A stretch of 20,626 bases of DNA from Candidatus Margulisiibacteriota bacterium (lineage in GTDB: Bacteria > Margulisbacteria > WOR-1 > O2-12-FULL-45-9). This document shows, piece after piece, positions 1 to 7,682 of this stretch. The notes beneath the pieces were generated by a model that worked only from the letters and a program-made list of their open reading frames with translations, was not told the origin of the DNA and made no database searches. Position 1 is the stretch's first letter, and each line of letters starts with the position of its first letter. The stretch is taken from contig JBDRHP010000016.1 of NCBI GenBank assembly GCA_043816785.1, forward strand, positions 1 to 20,626, read 5' to 3'. The position numbers and the translations under genes are program-made.

Positions 1-1878
1 AAATATTTTTTCCGCAGTTAATCCGTAAATCTCAAACAACTCAGCCCTTGTCCCTTGTTCAATAAACTTTGAAGGCAAACCGATCCGCTTAACCGGAACA
101 CTTATTCCTTCTTCAGTTAACAATTCTAAAACAGCCGAACCAAATCCGCCTTCTAAAACACCTTCTTCAACAGTAACAACTTTGCCAGCAGATTTAGCTT
201 CCGTAAGGATCAGCTCCTTATCAAGTGGTTTGACAAACCTGGCATTAATAACCTTGGCCGCAATGCCTTCTTTTTCTAAAAGTTTCGCAGCTTCAACAGC
301 CATATAAACCATTGATCCTATAGCAATTAATAGAATCCTACGCTCTACGTTCTGCGTTCTACTATCTACGCTCTTAAATACAACTTCCCCCTTGCCGATC
401 TCCAATTGCTTAAATTCAGATTCCAGTTCAACTCCCGGTCCACTGCCCCTGGGATACCTCAAAGAGATCGGCCCCTGATGCATTGTGGCTGTGTATAACA
501 TATGTTGGAATTCATTTTCATCCTTGGGCGCCATGACAGTCATATTCGGGATTAACCGCAAATAAGCCAGATCAAAAAGCCCGTGATGGGTTGGCCCGTC
601 TTCTCCCACCAGCCCTGCTCTGTCCAAACAAAAGACAACAGGCAGATTCTGTAAACAAACATCATGAATTATCTGATCATAAGCGCGTTGTAGAAAACTG
701 GAATAAATTGCCGCAACCGGACGGTAGCCGGAGATGGCCAGACCGGCAGCAAAGGTGATCGCATGCTCTTCAGCTATTCCCACATCAAAAAATCGCTTGG
801 GAAACTTCCTGGCAAAATCTTCCAGGCCAGTGCCATCGATCATCGCCGCGGTGACCCCAATAATTCGCGGCTCTCTCTCTCCAAGTTTTGCCAGCGTTTG
901 GCCAAATACTTTGGTATAGGTTAATTTTGACTGGCCATTGACCGGTTCTCCTGTCTTAATATTAAACGGCCCGGTGCCGTGAAAACGGCTGGGATCTTTT
1001 TCCGCTGGCGGATAGCCCTTGCCTTTTTTAGTGATCACGTGGACCAGCACCGGCCCCTCAACATCTCTGGCATGGTGCAGGATACTCATGATCAAAGGAA
1101 TATTATGGCCATCGATCGGCCCAAAATATTTAAAGCCTAACTCCTCAAAGATCACATCAACCTTAAAACTGACCACCAGATGCTTGGTGCGGTCTTTGAG
1201 TTTCTTGGCAGCTTGGAACAGCGGGGTCCCGACCCGAGGGATTTTTTTAGCGATCCTCTCAACCCGATTTCTTAGGTCAACATACAGGTCCGACGCCGCT
1301 ACTCGGGTCAAGTAATTAGAATACGCCCCGACATTTTTGGAGATCGACATTTCGTTGTCATTAAGGATCACGATCATATTGCTCTTCATGCCGTCAACAT
1401 TATTAACTCCTTCAAAAGCCAGCCCGCCCGAAAGTGAGCCGTCCCCAATCACTGCGATGATCGAGTTGTTCTCCCCTTTAAGATCGCGGACCTTAACCAT
1501 GCCCAAGGCTGCGGAAATTGAGGTTGAAGCGTGACCAACGGCAAAAGCGTCGTGAGGGCTCTCGGTGGGTTTAGGAAAACCAGAAATCCCTCCAAGCTGC
1601 CGGATGGTCGCAAATCGCTCAAGACGCCCTGTCAGGATCTTATGCGCGTAGGCCTGATGGCCAACATCCCAGATGATCTTATCTTTGGGGCTTTCAAAAG
1701 AGGCGTGAAGAGCTACTGCCAGCTCAACGGCGCCCAAGCTTGGCGCGACATGACCGCCGGTTTTTGAGGTAACTTCAATGATCTTTTCTCTGACCTCAGC
1801 CGCGATCTGCTCCAGCTGTTTACCGGAAAGTTCGCGCAAGGTTTCAGGGAGTTTTATTTTATCTAATAAACTGGACAT
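1..1878 (-). CDS. dxs: 1-deoxy-D-xylulose-5-phosphate synthase (3' end runs off the window; missing from the ORF track)
   Basis: Manual minus-strand translation from ATG at 1878 gives MSSLLDKIKLPETLRELS...GGHVAPSLGAVEL. It also contains IWDVGHQAYAHK, IGDGSLSGG...ILNDNEMSI, FDVGIAEEHA and DRAGLVGEDGPTHHG, and ends ...YGLTAEKIF at base 1 in the same frame. Confidence 0.97.
   Translation of the reverse strand, partial: MSSLLDKIKLPETLRELSGKQLEQIAAEVREKIIEVTSKTGGHVAPSLGAVELAVALHASFESPKDKIIWDVGHQAYAHKILTGRLERFATIRQLGGISGFPKPTESPHDAFAVGHASTSISAALGMVKVRDLKGENNSIIAVIGDGSLSGGLAFEGVNNVDGMKSNMIVILNDNEMSISKNVGAYSNYLTRVAASDLYVDLRNRVERIAKKIPRVGTPLFQAAKKLKDRTKHLVVSFKVDVIFEELGFKYFGPIDGHNIPLIMSILHHARDVEGPVLVHVITKKGKGYPPAEKDPSRFHGTGPFNIKTGEPVNGQSKLTYTKVFGQTLAKLGEREPRIIGVTAAMIDGTGLEDFARKFPKRFFDVGIAEEHAITFAAGLAISGYRPVAAIYSSFLQRAYDQIIHDVCLQNLPVVFCLDRAGLVGEDGPTHHGLFDLAYLRLIPNMTVMAPKDENEFQHMLYTATMHQGPISLRYPRGSGPGVELESEFKQLEIGKGEVVFKSVDSRTQNVERRILLIAIGSMVYMAVEAAKLLEKEGIAAKVINARFVKPLDKELILTEAKSAGKVVTVEEGVLEGGFGSAVLELLTEEGISVPVKRIGLPSKFIEQGTRAELFEIYGLTAEKIF
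340..374. repeat. Five degenerate 7-bp tandem repeats inside dxs
   Basis: acgctct acgttct gcgttct actatct acgctct, read in frame as ...KSVDSRTQNVERR... Confidence 0.8.
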
Positions 1879-2326
1879 AATATGTTAAGAAGGTCACGAT
1901 AACAGCCAGGATGGCCCCGGCCATTACCTCGATCGGATCATGGCCCAAGATCTCTTTTAGTTTTTCGACCCTGACCTTGCCAGTGGAATAAATATCATCA
2001 ACGATTTTATTTAAGATCTCCGCCTGTTTACCTGCGGCCCTTCTTACTCCGGTGGCATCATACATCACGATCAAGGCAAAGACCAGGCAAGTGGTAAAAA
2101 GAGCCGTATTCCAGCCAACTGTCAAACCAACGCTCAACGTCAAGGCGGTTACTGACGCCGAGTGGGCTGAAGGCATGCCGCCAGCTTCAAAAAAATGCCA
2201 GAGATTCCAATTCCCCTCTTGAAAACGGTATATAATAACTTTAATTGACTGCGCCAAAAACCAGGCCACGGCCACAGCCAGCAATGTAAAGTTAGCCAAC
2301 AAACCAGTAACAACTTCCTGTATCAT
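1859..2326 (-). CDS. Divergent PAP2 family membrane protein (DUF212, acid phosphatase/vanadium haloperoxidase-related)
   Basis: Motifs AQSIK, GGMPSAHSA, VMYDATGVRRAAGKQA and LKEILGHDPIEV, plus hydrophobic segments. Confidence 0.93.
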   Translation of the reverse strand: MIQEVVTGLLANFTLLAVAVAWFLAQSIKVIIYRFQEGNWNLWHFFEAGGMPSAHSASVTALTLSVGLTVGWNTALFTTCLVFALIVMYDATGVRRAAGKQAEILNKIVDDIYSTGKVRVEKLKEILGHDPIEVMAGAILAVIVTFLTYYVQFIR

Positions 2327-2985
2327 CTTTTTCCCCCTTTTAGGATCCCTTGAGCCATTTGCAGATCAGACGGAGTGGTGATCTTAATGTTCTGATAAGA
2401 ACCCAGCACCATTTTAACCGGGATACCGAGTTTTTCAACCAGCATCGCGTCATCCGTAACCTGCGCCTGTGCCTGCGCCTCATAAGCCTTCAAAATAATA
2501 TCCTTCTTAAAAACCTGCGGCGTCTGCGCCGCCCAAAGTTCGTTACGATCCTGGCTACTAACTACTTGGCTACTTGCTACTTTCTTAATTGTATCCTTAA
2601 CCGGCACTCCCACCACCACTGCGCCGACTTCTAAAGCCTCGTCTACTGCCTGCTCAATTATCTCAGGGCTAATAAAAGGCCGCGCCCCGTCATGGATCGC
2701 CACAATTTCCGTGTCCGCTGGCAAAGCCCGCAAACCATTATAAACAGAATCCTGCCTCTCTTTTCCCCCGGCCACAACCTGTTTTAGCTTTTTGTATTTA
2801 AATTTTTTGACTCGCTCAACATCTTCCTGATTAACAACTACAATGATCTCATCAATTATTTTTGTCTGCTCAAACACAGCAATTGTTCTCGCCAGGATAG
2901 GTTTGCCTTCTATCTCCAGGAACTGTTTGGGCTGTCCCATTCTTCTGCCGTATCCGGCAGCAGTAATGATCGCTACTGTTTTCAT
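2323..2985 (-). CDS. ispD: 2-C-methyl-D-erythritol 4-phosphate cytidylyltransferase
   Basis: Motifs AAGYGRRMG..KQF, GGKERQDSV, IHDGARPF, AAQTPQ, TDDA and NIKITTPSDL. Start placed at ATG 2985, which forms an ATGA overlap with the upstream stop, rather than at 3060. Confidence 0.96.
   Translation of the reverse strand: MKTVAIITAAGYGRRMGQPKQFLEIEGKPILARTIAVFEQTKIIDEIIVVVNQEDVERVKKFKYKKLKQVVAGGKERQDSVYNGLRALPADTEIVAIHDGARPFISPEIIEQAVDEALEVGAVVVGVPVKDTIKKVASSQVVSSQDRNELWAAQTPQVFKKDIILKAYEAQAQAQVTDDAMLVEKLGIPVKMVLGSYQNIKITTPSDLQMAQGILKGGKR
2555..2583. repeat. Four degenerate 7-bp repeats inside ispD
   Basis: ctactaa ctacttg g ctacttg ctacttt, encoding KVASSQVVSS. Confidence 0.65.
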
Positions 2986-3626
2986 TTCTTTGCTTTTGTC
3001 AGTACTCGGCAACCCTGGCGGGTCACCAGCACCATGTCTTCGATCCTCACCCCACCCCATCCTTTTATATAGATACCTGGTTCAATGGTAATAACCATTC
3101 CTCTCCTGAGCCTGTTCCTGTTCCTCTTCGAGATCTTTGGAGCTTCGTGTACCTTCCTGCCGATCCCATGGCCAGTGCTGTGAACAAAATTCTTGCCAAA
3201 GCCATTCTTGGCAACGTGGTCTCTGGCTGCCTGGTCAACCTCAGCACAAACCGCTCCGGCTTTAACAGCCTTAATTGCCTTTTGTTGGGCTTGTAAGACG
3301 ATTCTGTAGATCTTCTTCTGCTTACGGGTAGGTTTGCCAACAATCCTGGTCCTGCTAATATCTGACCGGTAACCATTATACAATGCGCCAAAATCGATAA
3401 CAACCAGCTCACCCTTTTTGATCCGCTTATTGGTCGCAAAGCCATGGGGTTTAGCCGCTCGTCTACCTGAGGCAACAATGATGCGGAAAGCAGGTTGTGC
3501 TCCCAGCGCCTTCAGCTTCAGCTTAATTCGTTGGGAAACTTCTTGCTCAGTCTCTCCCTCCCCAACAACCAAACCACTCAAAACCCGATCAACCATCTGG
3601 CAAGCCTTTGCTTGAGCTCTCTTCAC
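2982..3626 (-). CDS. M24 family (Xaa-Pro aminopeptidase-like) metallopeptidase, catalytic domain only
   Basis: Motifs [30 protein letters not shown] and GGVRIED. The GTG start overlaps the aroQ stop (GTGA). Confidence 0.9.
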   Translation of the reverse strand: MKRAQAKACQMVDRVLSGLVVGEGETEQEVSQRIKLKLKALGAQPAFRIIVASGRRAAKPHGFATNKRIKKGELVVIDFGALYNGYRSDISRTRIVGKPTRKQKKIYRIVLQAQQKAIKAVKAGAVCAEVDQAARDHVAKNGFGKNFVHSTGHGIGRKVHEAPKISKRNRNRLRRGMVITIEPGIYIKGWGGVRIEDMVLVTRQGCRVLTKAKK

Positions 3627-4063
3627 TTTTTCAACAATTCAATCGCAGCTCTTAGCCCAAGCAGGTAACTATTCGCACCAAATCCGGCAATTTGCCCAGC
3701 CACGACAGGCGCGATCACAGACTTTTGGCGGAATTCTTCGCGCGCGTATATATTGGAAAGATGGACCTCAACTGTTGGTATCTTGACCGCGGCAATTGCA
3801 TCCCGGATAGCCACACTATAATGGGTATACCCCCCGGGATTAATGACAATAGCGCCAATTTTACCCTTGGCAGCCTGAATTGTATTTACAATTTCGCCTT
3901 CAACATTACTTTGATAAGTTTCTAAGTCAACTTTCAATTCTTTGGCCAGGGCCACTAATTTATTATTGATATCCTCCAGCGAAACTTTGCCATAAACATT
4001 TTCTTCACGGCTGCCTAATAAATTTAAATTAGGGCCATGGACAACTAATATTTTATTTACCAT
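3623..4063 (-). CDS. aroQ: Type II 3-dehydroquinate dehydratase
   Basis: Motifs [29 protein letters not shown] and [18 protein letters not shown] 4063 is preceded by a GGGAGGAG Shine-Dalgarno. Confidence 0.97.
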   Translation of the reverse strand: MVNKILVVHGPNLNLLGSREENVYGKVSLEDINNKLVALAKELKVDLETYQSNVEGEIVNTIQAAKGKIGAIVINPGGYTHYSVAIRDAIAAVKIPTVEVHLSNIYAREEFRQKSVIAPVVAGQIAGFGANSYLLGLRAAIELLKK

Positions 4064-4085
4064 GAACTCCTCCCTATATTGATTA

Positions 4086-4207
4086 GGAAGCCTGAGACTA
4101 AACGTCTCGGCTTCCATATTCTATTAGAATTCAGGAAACCGCGAAGCACCTCGACTTCGCTCGGTGCTGCCCTGAGCTTGCCGAAGGGTTCATTCGCAGG
4201 TTTCCTG
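4086..4207. repeat. Nested palindromic / structured intergenic element (REP-like) in the predicted aroQ leader
   Basis: Hairpin ggaagcc-t-gagac/gtctc-ggcttcc (4086-4115); palindrome attcta-t-tagaat (4118-4130); stem caggaaacc-gcgaa/ttcgc-a-ggtttcctg (4132-4207) enclosing gcacc..ggtgc and ccctgagcttgccgaaggg. Confidence 0.75.
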
Positions 4208-4220
4208 TGCATTTGCCTTG

Positions 4221-4249
4221 ATTTTATCACACCAACTATCCCTTATCAA
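4221..4249 (-). promoter_or_regulatory. Putative sigma70 promoter for the aroQ operon
   Basis: Minus strand TTGATA (4249-4244), 17 nt, TAAAAT (4226-4221), with an extended TG. Confidence 0.6.
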
Positions 4250-4271
4250 GATTACTAAATAATGCTATAAT
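4243..4271 (+). promoter_or_regulatory. Putative sigma70 promoter for the PBP gene
   Basis: TTATCA (4243-4248), 17 nt, TATAAT (4266-4271), with an extended TG (TGcTATAAT). Confidence 0.65.
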
Positions 4272-4282
4272 CTCTTCGGTAT

Positions 4283-6304
4283 ATGACAAAAAGAAAAAGG
4301 TTCCCCCTGGGAAAACTTATTTTAATTTTATTCTTCATCCTGCTGGCTGGCGGCGCCGGCCTTTTTCTTCAGATCTTAAAGCAGCTGCCGGATGTTGAAT
4401 CTATTAATTCTTACATCGCCAGCGAAACAACGCTGATCTTTTCTGCCGACGGCAAGGTCCTGGCCAGGCTGCACCGCGAGGAAAACCGCCAGGTCATTCC
4501 CCTATCTCAAATATCAATCCACTTTCAAAACGCGGTCATTTCCACTGAAGACCCCAGATTCTACCATCACCACGGGCTTGATTTTATGGGCATCATCCGG
4601 GCCGGCATTAAAAACGTTATGTACGGCCGGATCGTGGAAGGCGGCAGCACCATCACTCAGCAGCTGGCCAGAAATCTTTTCTTGACCCGTAGAAAAACCG
4701 TGATGCGCAAGCTGGCCGAGGCTGTCCTGGCCATGCAGATAGAAAGACGATTCACTAAAGAAGAGATCTTGGAACTTTACCTTAACCAGGTTTATTTGGG
4801 ACATAATGCCTACGGCATTGAGTCCGCGGCTAATCTTTATTTTGGCAAACCGGCGGCCGAACTAGATCTGGCTGAAGCTGCCATTTTAGCTGGCCTGATC
4901 AGAGGTCCGGAGCTTTATTCACCCTACCGCAATTTTAAGGGTGCCAAGCTGCGGCAGATCTTTGTTTTGAACAAGCTGCTGGAACACTGCCTGGCAGATG
5001 AGCGGGAAGCTAAACTGGCCTCGATCAAAAGCCTGGAATTTTCACCTAAGAACCTAAAGAGGTTCGGCGAGGTTGCGCCCTATTTTATCAGCTATGTACT
5101 CCAACAATTGATCGACCGTTATGGAGAAGACATGGTTTATCACGGGGGTTTGAAGGTTTTCACTACCCTGGATACGACCAAGCAATCCGTAGCCGAAGAG
5201 GTCATCACCAAGTTCGTGTCCGAAGAAGGGGAAAAATATAATTTTTCGCAAGCCGCGCTGGTCTCAATTGACCCGCGGACCGGCTACGTTAATGCCATGG
5301 TCGGCGGCGTGGATTTCTTTGAAAGCAAATTTAATCGTGTCACCCAGGCCAAACGCCAGCCAGGATCTGCTTTTAAACCATTTGTTTATGCCACAGCCAT
5401 GGAACAAGGCATTTCCCCAGGCACCATAATCGATGATAGCCCAACAACTTTCAATGTTTATCCCAACGAATGGAACCCGGACGGAACCTGGGAACCAAAA
5501 AATTTCGATAAAAAATTCAAAGGGGCAGTAACACTGCGCTACGCGCTGGAGAAATCGCTGAACATCCCGTCGGTAAAATTGCTGGAACGCGTGGGCATTT
5601 CCTCAGCCATTAACCTGGCCCGCCGCATGGGCATTACCAGCCATCTGGAACCAGGCTTAGCCCTGACCCTGGGAGTCTCCGAGCTTTCTTTGCTTGAGCT
5701 TACCTCGGCCTACGGCGTCTTTGCCAATTCCGGTATCCGGGTCGAACCAACAGCTGTCACAAGAATTGACAACCGGGATGGAGTTACCATTTTTAAGCAT
5801 ACCATTACAGAAAAACGGGCGCTGGACACCAACATCGCCGCAGTAATGATAGACCTAATGAAAGGGGTTATTGCCCGCGGCACAGGCGTGCGGGCCCAGC
5901 TCTCCAGACCGGCAGCCGCCAAAACTGGTACGACCGAAGAATTCCGGGATGCCTGGTTCATCGGCTTTGTCCCCCAGCTGGTAACAGGTGTTTGGGTTGG
6001 CAATGATGACAACTCTTCCATGAAAGGCGTGGCCGAAGTCGCGGTTTGCCCCAGGATCTGGAAACAATATAACAAAGAAGTTTTGCAGGATGAACCGATC
6101 CTGGATTTTCCCCGGCCCGAAGGCCTGGTCAAGGTCAAGATCTGCCAGGCTTCCAGTAAACTCGCTGGCCCCTACTGCCCGATCGAAGATCAACGCTGGG
6201 TGACCCTTTGGAAAAAAGACGTGCCAAAAGAATCCTGCGACAAACATCAAGCAGGCGATGAGATCTACGAGTTTGAAGTTGATGATGAAAAATTCTATTT
6301 TTAA
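4283..6304 (+). CDS. Class A penicillin-binding protein (PBP1A family transglycosylase/transpeptidase)
   Basis: N-terminal TM helix; GT51 motifs EDPRFYHHHG, GGSTITQQL and RKLAE; transpeptidase motifs SAFK (SxxK), SLN and KTG; C-terminal Cys/His-containing tail. Confidence 0.96.
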   Translation: MTKRKRFPLGKLILILFFILLAGGAGLFLQILKQLPDVESINSYIASETTLIFSADGKVLARLHREENRQVIPLSQISIHFQNAVISTEDPRFYHHHGLDFMGIIRAGIKNVMYGRIVEGGSTITQQLARNLFLTRRKTVMRKLAEAVLAMQIERRFTKEEILELYLNQVYLGHNAYGIESAANLYFGKPAAELDLAEAAILAGLIRGPELYSPYRNFKGAKLRQIFVLNKLLEHCLADEREAKLASIKSLEFSPKNLKRFGEVAPYFISYVLQQLIDRYGEDMVYHGGLKVFTTLDTTKQSVAEEVITKFVSEEGEKYNFSQAALVSIDPRTGYVNAMVGGVDFFESKFNRVTQAKRQPGSAFKPFVYATAMEQGISPGTIIDDSPTTFNVYPNEWNPDGTWEPKNFDKKFKGAVTLRYALEKSLNIPSVKLLERVGISSAINLARRMGITSHLEPGLALTLGVSELSLLELTSAYGVFANSGIRVEPTAVTRIDNRDGVTIFKHTITEKRALDTNIAAVMIDLMKGVIARGTGVRAQLSRPAAAKTGTTEEFRDAWFIGFVPQLVTGVWVGNDDNSSMKGVAEVAVCPRIWKQYNKEVLQDEPILDFPRPEGLVKVKICQASSKLAGPYCPIEDQRWVTLWKKDVPKESCDKHQAGDEIYEFEVDDEKFYF

Positions 6305-7682
6305 ATTTGGAACTGACGGCTGGCGCGCCAAAATAGCCCAAGATTTCACTTTTGCTAATTTGCAGCTGGTCGCCCAGGCCTTTGCTGACCACTTGCTCGA
6401 GCAAGGCACCTCGGGTCAAGGTGTGGCAGTTGGCTATGATAACCGTTTCCAGTCAGAAGACTTTGCCCGCGCGGCCGCTGAGGTCTGCTCCGGTGCAGGC
6501 ATAAAAACTTTCTTAACCAGTGAAGCTGTTTCCTCTCCAGTTGTTTCTTTTGCGGTCAAGAGCAGAGGTTTGGCCGCCGGCATCATGATCACCGCCTCTC
6601 ACAACCCGGCCGACTGGAACGGCTTCAAGATCAAGGAAGCCTTTGGTGGCTCGGCTTTTCCGCAGACAACTAAGGCGGTTGAAAGCAAAATCCAGGATTC
6701 TCTAAAGATCTCTCCCTCCAGCAGCAAGATTGAAATCTTTGACCCAAGACCAGCTTACCTAAATAAAATAAAAACCCTGGTTGATCTAGACCTGCTGAAT
6801 AGCCGTCCGCTTAAGCTGATTGTTGACGCCATGCACGGCAGCGGCGCTGGTTACTTTAAAGCGCTGGGACTGCCGGTCGTCGAGATCAGAGGAAAACGCG
6901 ATCCGCTCTTTGGCGGAGTTAACCCGGAACCCATCCCCGTTAATCTTGAAGATTCGTTCTCCTTTGTCCGGGAAACCGCGCTCAAGTATTCCTCTGAGCT
7001 AACAGCTTGCATTGTGCTGGATGGCGACGGGGACCGCCTGGCAGCGATCGACGGCTCCGGCCGGTTCATCAATACCCACAATGTCTTTACCTTGCTGCTC
7101 CATCATCTGATCGTCCATCGCAAACTTTCCGGCAATGTGGTCAAAACCTTTAATTTAAGCAATTTGATCGATAAGCTTTGCCAAAAACACCAGCGCAAAC
7201 TCCAGGTCACGCCGATCGGCTTTAAACATGTCGCTGATCTGATGTTAAAAGAGGATATCCTGCTGGGCGGTGAAGAATCCGGCGGCATGGGCATTAAGGG
7301 TTTTATTCCAGAACGTGACGGCGTGCTGGCCGGCCTGATGCTTTTTGAGCTGATGGCCTATGAAAAGAAAACCCTGGCCCAGATCCTGGATAATATCATG
7401 GCTGAACAAGGTTATTTCTATTATGACCGGGCTGATATCCATACTGAGCAGGCAATAGAGCTAGTTGAAACACTAAAAAAATCACAACCCAAAGAATTTG
7501 CCAACAGAAAAGTGTCAAAAATAGAAACCATGGATGGATTAAAACTCAATTTTGAAGATGAAGGCTGGATCCTCTTCCGCGCTTCGGGAACTGAGCCGCT
7601 GCTTCGGGTCTATGTAGAAGGTCGAACCGAAGCTGATGTCAAACAAATACTTGGCGCTGGCGAATCACTGATCGCCTCTTAA
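6282..7682 (+). CDS. Phosphoglucomutase/phosphomannomutase family protein
   Basis: Motifs FGTDGWR, TASHNP (catalytic Ser), DGDGDR, GEESGG and RASGTEP. Start is uncertain (6258, 6282 or 6285). Confidence 0.94.
   Translation: MMKNSIFKFGTDGWRAKIAQDFTFANLQLVAQAFADHLLEQGTSGQGVAVGYDNRFQSEDFARAAAEVCSGAGIKTFLTSEAVSSPVVSFAVKSRGLAAGIMITASHNPADWNGFKIKEAFGGSAFPQTTKAVESKIQDSLKISPSSSKIEIFDPRPAYLNKIKTLVDLDLLNSRPLKLIVDAMHGSGAGYFKALGLPVVEIRGKRDPLFGGVNPEPIPVNLEDSFSFVRETALKYSSELTACIVLDGDGDRLAAIDGSGRFINTHNVFTLLLHHLIVHRKLSGNVVKTFNLSNLIDKLCQKHQRKLQVTPIGFKHVADLMLKEDILLGGEESGGMGIKGFIPERDGVLAGLMLFELMAYEKKTLAQILDNIMAEQGYFYYDRADIHTEQAIELVETLKKSQPKEFANRKVSKIETMDGLKLNFEDEGWILFRASGTEPLLRVYVEGRTEADVKQILGAGESLIAS

Noticed and set aside
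734..1767. Four short plus-strand ORFs (734-919, 1019-1315, 1337-1534, 1531-1767)
   Set aside because: Antisense shadows of dxs, which the ORF track missed because its stop lies outside the window.
2986..3060. 25-aa N-terminal extension of IspD in the ORF track
   Set aside because: Overlaps the M24 gene. ATG 2985 gives a typical IspD start and an ATGA coupling.
3105..3129. Short cctgtt repeat in the M24 gene (RNRNR)
   Set aside because: Only about two units with codon-length period; compatible with chance.
4064..4117. 18-aa extension of AroQ or a leader peptide
   Set aside because: A strong SD precedes ATG 4063. The extension runs through a hairpin and has no run of aromatic codons suggesting attenuation.
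4132..4218. Possible c-di-GMP-I riboswitch, tRNA or SRP RNA (GGCAAA...GAAA on the minus strand, branched fold)
   Set aside because: Lacks the downstream GACGCAAAG/P2 features, has no T-loop/anticodon cloverleaf or CCA, and has no SRP GGAA-loop motif. An Rfam search would settle it.
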